Below, piece by piece: positions 1-9,900 of a DNA stretch of 64,000 nucleotides (position 1 is its first letter; each line of letters starts with the position of its first letter). Source of the DNA: Magallana gigas (taxonomy: Eukaryota). A program made the translations under genes and the position numbers. The DNA lies in contig NC_088859.1 in NCBI RefSeq assembly GCF_963853765.1, positions 28,396,001 to 28,460,000 on the forward strand, read 5' to 3'. Below the pieces are notes generated by a model. The model was not told where the DNA came from and searched no databases. It saw only the letters and a program-made list of their open reading frames with translations.

Positions 1-152
1 GGAAAATATTCAGAATGCACATGAAACATCAGTAAAATAATAAACATCCGTTTCAACTACTAGGATTCTATTTGTACATTGTAGAGGTGTAAAATAATTA
101 GTTGTGTATAAATTTGGATCATTCATTAGTATCTTTCATTCAACACACTTAC

Positions 153-1772
153 ACTGCCCTGAGAATTATTCAACGCCAGTCTCTGATGTCCCCTGCGGAT
201 TCTTTTCTCTACGTCAGATATCAATCCCTGTAGAAATCGCAGGAAGTCATCTTCATATCCCATCTTTCCAGACTTTGAACTTTTGGTGTACCTACACGAG
301 TTGGAGTTCAAGTAACTAAAGTGCATACAACTCAGATGTTTCTAACTTTTTTGATTTTAAATACTATTTCATTACACTTACTCTTTTCTAAGGGCTTCAT
401 CATGCAGCTTTGTACAGGGTCCTTAAAAAAAAAATATTTTCTTTTCTTTACACAGACGTTATTAACAATAATTTTATCATACATGAAAAATATTCAATGT
501 CATATTGCTGCACTTTGCTCTACATTTTTTTTTAATTCAATTACAGTATTTAAAATTATATTTTTTATATATATATAAACTAACTATAATATTCTTTGGT
601 TACTACTATACTTAATAGCTGAACTTTGTTATATTTGATTGCGTTATTTCTTGTGTTTATAATCACCTTCGGTCTGTTTGCCTTGCAACAACTTGCACAC
701 AAAAAGACTCACAAACAATATGAACTAAGGGCTCCTCCACAACAGTTTGAAGTAATTGCTTTTTATACTTTAGTAGATTTTCAATGGAAATTTTAGGGCA
801 ATTTGTTTGATCAACTACTAGGCCAACTTTCACAGAGCACCAATCCCATAAAATTGTCAATGCCTTTATTGATCTTTAATATATAAATGAAAACTTGATT
901 AACTTACCCAGGTCTGCTCTTGTGTTGGTGAAAAGTTCATGAGGACAAAAATTGACCAGAAAATGTTTGCATACCTGTAACATAATAATTACGACAATAA
1001 ACTTTCTTTACATTATGTATGGTATGATTATGTTAAGTACATGTTATCCAGTGAATCTGATAGTGAAAATGTGATTGTTTTATTGGCTTTGTCCTGGTTA
1101 CGCTGCAAACACATTGGTATTTTTAACTTTATTCTTTAAAATACTTTTAAGAAGATGACAAAATATTTGCAAAATAAAACATTGGGTATATTATATCATT
1201 TTCCAATTTGTATTCAGGCTATCATTACATCCTGTTTGGACGGTTCTACACGTCACCTGATTAAAATTAGGCTAGAGAAGAATTTGCCAAAATGTCATTT
1301 TTCTCCTGTTGCATTGCTTGCCAGCATCATGTAGCTTAAATGTAGATGTTATTTACTTTAAAGACACTCATAGCTATAATACTGCTGACTCTTGTGCACA
1401 CTTGAATTAAAAAACACCCATATATATATTTTGGCAGACCAGTGGGATGTTAAAATTTATAATAAAACCTTAATGTATTTTATCACATATAATTTGTTGG
1501 CACTTTATATGAGTTTGTAGAGATATTAACTTAATTTCTTTCACATTTTTTTCTTTACTGTAACCAAGTAATAGTAAATCAAAATGGCGCCTTTCCAAAA
1601 TCTTAAAAATATATTCATTGAAAAGTAAGACTCATTAAAGATAAGAACAAAGTTAAAATATCCTCACATCAGGGTCACTCCAATGAACTTGGTCTCTTTT
1701 TTCTGTAGGGGCTAAGTTTCTGTCTTTGCCCATTAACTCATCGAGCATTTGCGCTAACGCGTGCGAAGCCAT
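153..1772 (-). CDS. LUC7L3: LUC7-like protein 3 (U1 snRNP-associated splicing factor), 5' part; gene continues beyond position 1
   Basis: Exons 1668-1772, 908-974, 382-421, 153-291, all GT-AG and in phase. Protein: MASHALAQMLDELMGKDRNLAPTEKRDQVHWSDPDVCKHFLVNFCPHELFTNTRADLGPCTKLHDEALRKEYTKSSKSGKMGYEDDFLRFLQGLISDVEKRIRRGHQRLAL. It has the CCCH zinc finger and closely matches the human LUC7L3 N-terminus as recalled. Confidence 0.95.
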
Positions 1773-2210
1773 TTTGTATGGAAGTGGGCTTATACGAATC
1801 ATCGAAATAACGAACCCGACTTAAAATACCGAAGCTTCAGTTTTTGTTTGTTTGGTTTTTTTTTTTTTTTTTATCAAGAATCGAGATAATTTTATCATAT
1901 AGAGTTGCAGTTAGCTAATAGCATCGTAACATTTTTTCAAACGGGAAGGAAGGTGTAGGGGTGGTAATTAATTAAAATATCCTCTCTTAACTAATTTAAC
2001 ATTTTCATACACTAACAAAAGAAAAGCGGAGGTGCCTGTCTTCTTTAAAAATTAATATATATTTGTATCAATTCAGTTACTACACAGCCCCAGAATTGGA
2101 GTCATTTATTAAGCCGTATTCATATATATATATATATATATATATATTCGACCTACCTATGAGAAAAATTTGCAAACCAATCTATGCCACTTTTTTAAAA
2201 ATTAATTTTG

Positions 2211-2348
2211 NNNNNNNNNNNNNNNNNNNNNNNNNNNNNNNNNNNNNNNNNNNNNNNNNNNNNNNNNNNNNNNNNNNNNNNNNNNNNNNNNNNNNNNNNN
2301 NNNNNNNNNNNNNNNNNNNNNNNNNNNNNNNNNNNNNNNNNNNNNNNN
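2211..2348. other. Assembly gap (138 N)
   Basis: Run of n characters in the LUC7L3 upstream region. Confidence 1.
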
Positions 2349-3128
2349 ATTATTGTGTAAGAAATGTGATAATGTTCCTAATTAAACCGTTGAAAAACTG
2401 TAACGATGTCATTTCTTCGTTAGCGTAGGCGTTTCAATTTCAAAAACAGAATATTGGTGCTGTACGTGGTGATGATATTCATGAAAATAAAAAAAAAATA
2501 GTTTCTGATCATTACTGTGATAAAAGTTAGGACAAAAGTATGGAATTCCATATACGACAGCCAACTGTCAGCTGCCAACTGCTTACTGCTTACTGCCTAC
2601 TGCTTACTGCCTACTTCCAACTGCTTACTGCCAATTGCTTTCCTTTCCTCTTGATTGGGTTAAGCGCGTGTGGGACATTTATTTGAGGATGGAGGGATCA
2701 TCGATAGATAGCTATTTCAAACAAGTGTATACAAAGAACGGGAGATTACTATGTATGGAATTCCTTATACGGCTGCCAACTGCTTACTGCCAAATTCCTT
2801 TTCCCTCTATATTGGGTTAAGTGCATGTGCAGACGTTTATGTGAGGATGGAGGGATTGATATATTGATAGCGTTTATTTTATTTTACACATATTAAACAC
2901 ATATTTTAACAACCATCTCTGTCAGCCATAATCACTGCATTCCATATCATCTGCCGTTTTATCTTAAATCAAACTACCGCGAGCGAGCTTCATGAGAGTG
3001 CCACGCCACTGCATGATCCTACTATTTACATTACCTGATCACGTGACCCGAAACTACGCGAGTACGTATGAAAACACATCACATACATGATTTTAAGTAC
3101 ATTAACTCGTGTTTATATACCACTTTTA

Positions 3129-3287
3129 AAAGACATGAGAGATAGTGGATTTCTTGATTTGTTTGGTGCTATCCATTCAGAATGTTTGAGATTTTGTTTC
3201 ATTCCTGTCATCCAGAATGACCTTGAAAGAGTGATGGACACATAGAAAAATCATATAATTAGAAAACAAAACACATCGGGTCGTCCA
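3129..3287 (+). pseudogene. Integrase-core (DDE, IS3/IS481-like) transposase remnant
   Basis: KDMRDSGFLDLFGAIHSECLRFCFIPVIQNDLERVMDT*KNHIIRKQNTSGRP resembles the ECLRFCF...L.....WN.H.IR....SGRP motif recalled from eukaryotic integrase-core proteins. The TAG at 3243-3245 sits where TGG (Trp) is expected. Confidence 0.65.
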
Positions 3288-3563
3288 ATTTTTTGGGAGT
3301 TGATTTTTAATCAACTCTCCTATGCAGTCACTCGGACAAACCGAAAGTGAAACAGTGTTTGGACCTCAGCACAAATCATTGCTCCTGACAAGACTTAGTT
3401 CTTGAAAATAATTGATGAACATTCGATGTAAAGTATGCTAAAGCATTGTTTTTCAAGGAAACTTATTTACAAATACCTTAAAAATAGTCAGATTTTAAAT
3501 GGTACGAACAATTTAAATATGTTTTGTATATAGTTGTATGTATTCCTACGCCAGAGTTCAATA

Positions 3564-3652
3564 TAGTCTCGTTCAACTCTACGCTCGGCTGTCTCCGTAA
3601 ACCCTTGTCGGAGATTTACGGTGTCAGCCGAGCGTTTGGTTAAACGAGACTA
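3564..3652. mobile_element. 89-bp palindromic MITE with TAG..CTA termini (Academ/AcademH-like)
   Basis: Roughly 40-bp inverted arms TAGTCTCGTTCAAC...CTCGGCTGTCTCCGTAAA / TTTACGGTGTCAGCCGAG...AAACGAGACTA. Flanking duplication GAGTTCAATA / TAGTTCAATA (9 of 10 match). Confidence 0.7.
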
Positions 3653-4399
3653 TAGTTCAATATTGCTTGGATCCATACAATTTTCGAGAAATATTTCTAC
3701 CACTGATACATACTTTGATTGAATTAATTTTATCTTTAAATATTATTTAACATGATTCATATGGAGGTTTCTCGACATTCTAGTCGAAAAAGTTCAAAAA
3801 TTCATATTATAAAAATATGCGTAATTCAAATTAGAAACTACGTATACGTGTACTTGTCATGCAAAAAAAAACATATCATTGATTTTAAAATAAATAAACA
3901 TCGACAAAATCAATTCCCGTCAGTTCTTCAGTACTTTGATTTGTATAGCAACCCAGATGTATTTGGCTGTTGCGATATGAAAAATGTACCATTTTGCACG
4001 AGGCAAGTTGCACGAGGCTATGGAACTTTTTGGGAACCTTATAATGTTTTTCAGTGTTTAATGAAGTAACATAATTTATGTAAAGATAAAATCATAAATG
4101 TTAAACACACACCACTACACTGTAGAGTTTTAATTTTCTTTGCAGCAATTTGAGCATGGGGATACTATAAACTAGTAATAATATCGCGTACAAAGCAATG
4201 CAAATAAGGATTTCACATTACAACGAAAACAGTGAGAAAAACTAACGTTTTAATGAACCTCTGTCAATCATAGCATACTGAAAACAAAATTTGAAAGTTA
4301 CTGAAACTGAAAACGACCCATCCAAGAATCAAATCCCCACGAATAATAAAAAATCCCACAAACCACGAAAATTGCCCCCTACGAATTTAAATGATTCCA

Positions 4400-4846
4400 C
4401 AGTTTATAATGTTTTCATATCATAATCATCACATTTCTGATACACTGAGACATTTTCAGTTTAAATTACGTTTAATTATAAAATCACAGATTGACCTTCA
4501 CGATGTCAAGAATATCTATACATGTAATATTATATATTTACATTTTCCAGTGTCTTTGCCTGTGATAACACTACGTATCGATTTTGAACTATATAACCCA
4601 TAATACAAATGACGCCAAATTGAGGCGCCAGCGGGGTTTGCTCATTTATATCTAAATGTTTAATCGTACGATGGCAAAAAATTATATAAATATAAATAAT
4701 AAGGAATCATTCTTTGAATATTATGAGGTGATAATTTCGGTCGGGGCGTGATCAAATCTATCATAAAGCCCTTCGGGCTTTATTGGATTTGATCACGCCC
4801 TAACCGAAATTATCACCTCATAATACTCAAAGAATGATTCCTTATT
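4400..4846. mobile_element. Hairpin-headed non-autonomous element, family A (hairpin 4698-4846)
   Basis: Near-perfect ~150-bp inverted repeat AATAAGGAATCATTCTTTG...GCCC TTC GGGC...CAAAGAATGATTCCTTATT. The adjoining body matches the copy at 47667-48000. The left boundary is approximate. Confidence 0.7.
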
Positions 4847-5434
4847 CCTTATTTAATGCTTATTTATCGCAATGATCATGTAATTAACGACCGCGGCTTT
4901 CCAAACGGAGATAAAAAAAAATTGAAAAAGAGATGCATGTTCAAAATGGTTAACATAAAGTACCAGTCTGACAGGCCTGTTTCTTTACAAGATCGATATA
5001 TAGTCAGAAACATTAAGCAAACTGTATTCCACTTATGACTTTATTTCTGAGACAAGACCCGTTGGCAGTAAGCAGTAAGCTGTTGGAAGTACGCATTAAG
5101 CAGTTAGCAGTTGACAGTTGGCTGCATGTCGTATACGGAATTCCATACAAAAATATTCCATACACGGTCATCATTTGCTTTTTCTTTTCATAGATAACGA
5201 TTGATGACCCACTGGCATCGTACTGATTAGAGTTTTATAACTTATAAATTACAATATTGTTGCAAGTATTTTTTCCAGAGTTATTCTTTTCTTCTATATA
5301 AACCATAAACATTGGAAAGTAAAGCAGACATTGACTGTAGATCTATAAAGAGATAGAGCACCCTTATCCGTTAATTCTGTCGCCATTCTTGTGTTTGAAT
5401 AGGAATTCGTTAATAATCATTCGTTAATAATCAT

Positions 5435-6005
5435 TATATTTACATCCACCAAGTACGTACTATTCCCTCTATTTCTTACGGAAACGTATAGTTAATCCAT
5501 AGCTCTATAGAAACAGCCAGACTGAAATCTACACGCTCCGTTTATCGATTGGTCGAAATCTACGGCGGCTGAAACTGACAAGAAAGTGACAGGAGTGAAT
5601 TTGACACGCCCTGTTTATCGATTGGTCGAGACCTACAACTACCTAAGAAACATCACGGACTGCACGAACTAACCATGCCATGATGATATCAGACTCAAAG
5701 TCTCACTGGAGACGATTTGGCTGTTTCTTTTAGCTAACGTACTTATGTAATATGTACATTAACAGTAATTAATTTTGTGAATTTTACTTACTTTTTACGC
5801 TCAATTTATTAATTAGTTAAAATAAAGATGTTAATATAAACAATAAAATGCTCACTATGGTGATTCATGTGGGTTATGAATTCGAAGGTAGCGATCATTG
5901 CAGAAAAAATTTACATAACCCGCTAACGCGGGTTATGTATTTTTTCTGCAATGTCGCTACCTTCATATCCCAAATGAATCACCAAAGTGAGCATTTCATT
6001 GTTTA
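5435..6005. mobile_element. Hairpin-headed non-autonomous element, family B (hairpin 5837-6005)
   Basis: ~170-bp inverted repeat centred on CCCGC TAAC GCGGG (5919-5932). The ~400-bp body aligns by eye with the inverted copy at 22359-22910. Confidence 0.8.
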
Positions 6006-6127
6006 ATTTTTTTCTCAGATCTAAAATAAATAAAAATACAGTATTGGAATTCTTCGATCGATACTAAAAATAGACATATTCTACTTATACTTTATGTTAT
6101 AAATTAAGGAGACGAACACTGAAAAAT

Positions 6128-6131
<4 letters not shown>

Positions 6132-6200
<69 letters not shown>
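6132..6200. repeat. (AG)n microsatellite, ~34 units
   Basis: Perfect AG dinucleotide run. Confidence 0.98.
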
Positions 6201-6204
<4 letters not shown>

Positions 6205-6479
6205 TGTATGTAAATTGTTTAATATTTTTGGTGAATGAATATAGTGAATACTATAGCTTGTTTATTTGCATCATGGTCATGATCATCTACATATACATGT
6301 ATTTGTATATACTTATTGAATAATATATTATTTATAAGCTTTTGTTTTTAATTAACAGGAATAAATATTCGGATATTATTATTATATATGTGGGGAAAAC
6401 ACGTTCAACTGTCATCTTTATTGAATTGTAAATATAAGGAAAAAAACAAAAACAAAAAAAACAAAGAATATTAAATGAA

Positions 6480-6956
6480 TCGAACACGCGGGCGTAAACA
6501 CTTTTTTTTTTAAAGGAGTAATGTAACCCGTGTCGTACACAGAGTGCCAAAAGTACGAGCTTACTCGCGAAATATTCGCGTTATAATTGTATCACGGTGC
6601 GAAATTTGCGCGGTTAATATTATCGCGACGCCGCCAAAGTTTTGTATTTAAAATAACACCAAAAAAGAGTGTTTATTTAATAGCTATGAAAATGAGCTCA
6701 TTGTGCTTTCGTACGAACAATATAAAAAAGTTAACGGAAATGAAAAAGTCGTAAGTGTGGTAAGTTCAGATACATCACATTAATATACGAGTATGTTTGT
6801 GTACGAATTGATTTGATAAAATGTTCACCCGAATGCGCATGGTCTGACAGAAGTGACGTCACGTATGAAGGATATCCACGCGGTAGACTGTGTCGCAATA
6901 AGGACTATTTTGAAGTGAATTTGAGATACAAAACAGAAACAAATCGTATATACACC
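6480..6956 (+). promoter_or_regulatory. CpG-rich promoter/5'UTR region of eRF3
   Basis: Cluster of CGCG motifs (6480-6640) in AT-rich DNA, an E2F-like TTTGGCGG on the minus strand near 6631-6638, and a perfect CRE palindrome TGACGTCA at 6854-6861 just upstream of the ATG. Confidence 0.5.
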
Positions 6957-9900
6957 ATGACCGAAAACGGGGAGAGTCTCGCCCCAGATTCCTGGGATCA
7001 AGAGGACGCCCAAGCCACGAGTGATGTTGCATCACAGTTGTCAAATCTCAACGTCAATGCCCCAGCATTTGTTCCAGGGCAAAATGTATTTGCAGCAGAG
7101 TTTGTGCCTTCTTTTCAAAAAGAGGCCCCAGGTAAATTATACATATAGAAGCTACGGTTACACACAAGCCCAAAATAAGCGAATTTTGGTCAAGGTTTGG
7201 TGACATTACAATGATGGATTATTGGATTACCGGCTGTCAAAAACTACAATGAATTTTCTCAACTTGTCTGGTTTTGTCCAGATGAGGGATTTGTGGTGTT
7301 GTTGATCTTCTCTTTAATTTGTTGTTGACGTGTTTAATTGATATTTGGTCACATTTTTCCATTTTCATCAATTTCAACATATTGTGCTGTATAAAATTAT
7401 TTTTAGTCATCAAATGTGAGAACTTCCAATAACAAAAGGAACCATTTCAAGAGTAAAAGCAACAGAAAATGGTTTCTTTAACTCAAATTTTGGACATGAA
7501 TCGTATCTTCCTAACATTAACCTGAGCATTAAAAGCACTTCTTATCAGATTATCAAAAAGTGCACAACAGTACTGACTTGTCCATATTCTTTTTTCTCTA
7601 GTATCGGACAAGTGTGACTCTTGTTTTCTTGCAATAATTTGTTTCTTTGAAGCACCATTTTTCCAATTAAATAAGACAACCTTTTCCCAATGTTAGTATG
7701 TAAATTTTCCAACAGTCATTAACCCCAAAGAATATATATTTCATTATGGCTTAGTAAGGTAGATTGCTACTGGAATTCACTTCTCATCTCAAACCAGAGT
7801 TTAAGTTGATAACAAAACACCAAAATGATGAATTTTAATGTTTAATGATTTTGTCAATTTTAATGACACAAAAATGGAATGATGGTCCTGTGTATAAATT
7901 GTGCTTTACTGATATATCATACAAAGAAGTTATACTGTCGAATCATTTAAATTCATGGGGGTCAATCAGTTTTTGTGGATTGCTAGCTTTTTACAGATTT
8001 GTCAAAAAGTAATTTGTGGATTGATTTGATAATTGATTTCAGTATTTGTGGAGGATGTAAATTTGTATAGAAGACAAACAGAAAAATTCTGTTATCCAGA
8101 AAAATGGTGCATCCACAAATATTGATGATTCTACAATATTAATTACTAAGATAAATTTGCCAAATGCAAACCAAATGGTACGTTTACAAATTTTGATATT
8201 GTATATAAGACTGTGCTTTTAAAATTATTGTTAAGACTTAACTTGTTTTGTAGCAGAAGTACAAGAAACACCAAATGTTGCAGAACCCCCACCAACTGAG
8301 CAAGATAAATCAGACACTGCTGAGACGGAAATGGGTCAGTATGCTATTCAAAGTTCCTTTTCCAAAGAAGAATAGAAAGTGAATTCATATTCTACCTCCT
8401 TTTCCTTCTATAATTTTCTTCCTCTAAAGTAGAGAAATGTTTCATAGGTGCAACAGTATGGCCAAATTTTAGAGGCAAGATCATTATTAATTCATTTTTA
8501 TAACCATCCCACTTCATGGATGATTGTAGCAAATTTAAACATTGAAAATACATCCAGCATACGACTGGTAAAAAATCAATACTGCAGTGGATGCTAGGGC
8601 ATAAACCTTTGTCAATAAATGGCATTTCTGCACTGCGAGGAATTAAATATCAATATACAGGTGTCATAGACTTGCAAACCATCGGTTAAGGCAATAATCA
8701 GCATGCATGTTTATAGACCTTTTGGCAGTAATCTTAAGATTTGTTCAAAATTTTTGAGAAACATCAGACTTAACCTTAGCTTGTCTACAACCCCTATTAC
8801 TTTCACAAACTTGATCTATTTCTTAAATTTATATTTTCAGAAAAATTATTAGAATACACATTTCTTCTTGGGTTAGCTAGGGTTTTTGTCATTCATATTA
8901 ATTACTGATTATTTATCAGCTAGTATTGCTGCTCTGTTAAAAAAAAAATAAGCTAATCCCGGTGAAAAAAAATGCATTAGAATTTCAAAAATGTTTTTTA
9001 ACCACCTTGCAAACAGGTCCAACAGTATCTCACAACTTTGTCTAAGAGAATTTCTGTTTTACTTTCATTCGGCAAAGTATGATGTTGTATTAATGGGATA
9101 TCTACTGTCCATGAGTATTCAAACAGAGGGATTAAAGTAACATAATTTAGTAATAACCTACATGTACAGTATGACTGGAACAATATACATAGTTATTCTG
9201 TTTGTACAGGTCATGTTTCCTAAGGACATCAGACAGAGCAGATTCATGTATTTTCTGATCAGTTTTTGTCGTCATACACAAAGCGTATGTAGGCGTTTGT
9301 CACCTGACCACTAAGGCCCTGATTTGTATGTTTGTTTACAGAGGCCACAGAGAAGTGGGAAGATGAGGCGGCAGAGGATGCTGATATGAACGAGGAGGAG
9401 GAAGAGGAGGAGGAGGATGAACCCGCTCCCGTCAAATCACTAGCTCAGGAAAGCCTGGGGCCCAAGAAAGAACACGTCAATGTTGTCTTCATAGGACATG
9501 TCGGTAAGTCTTGTGAGTGGACAAGCGATGGGTATTGTAAAAGCTGGAGAGAGAGAGACTGAGACAGAGTGATCTGATATTACTAAATTCATTTTTTATT
9601 TTGTTCACAGATGCCGGAAAATCAACTATTGGAGGACATATTATGTAAGTACAATAGTACAACTGTAAAATCTCTTTTATACGGAAACAGTGCTTGTAAA
9701 CACATGCACATGTGACCAAGATAATGTTCTGTCAACTGTTCAAATGCTTTTAAATCCTTTCTAAATATCAACACAACCTTGCCATCAATTGGCAGTGCAT
9801 TTTTGTTCATTGCCTCCTGATAAAAGTTAATGTACTCTTATAAATCAATAACATGAAGCAATGAATGGATAATCAGATCTTTATCATAAATTTCTCTTGA

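Larger units (their letters stand above)
2539..5147 (+). mobile_element. Decayed IS3EU-like DNA transposon with TIRs, carrying nested insertions
   Basis: Left end TATGGAATTCCATATACGACAGCCAACTGTCAGCTGCC; right end reverse complement TATGGAATTCCGTATACGACATGCAGCCAACTGTCAACTGC. Subterminal ACTGCTT/ACTGCCT repeats at both ends. Flanks CAAAAG / CAAAAA (6-bp TSD, 1 mismatch). TAY..RTA termini with a 6-bp TSD fit IS3EU as recalled. Contains an internal integrase-like remnant. Confidence 0.7.

Noticed and set aside
2063-2428. 121-aa ORF
   Set aside because: An artefact of reading through an (AT)n tract and the N gap.
3752-4069. 105-aa ORF inside the IS3EU-like element as a second transposon gene
   Set aside because: No recognisable motif in this or the opposite-strand frames; low-complexity AT-rich translation.
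6813-6956. N-terminal extension of eRF3 from the upstream TTG
   Set aside because: The frame is open for 48 codons, but the peptide has no eRF3-like features, the region holds promoter motifs (CRE), and the ATG at 6957 has a good context (ACCATGA).
7824-7912. C/D-box snoRNA in eRF3 intron 1 (ATGATGA ... CTGA)
   Set aside because: No terminal stem and no recognisable rRNA or snRNA antisense element; the boxes are expected by chance in AT-rich DNA.
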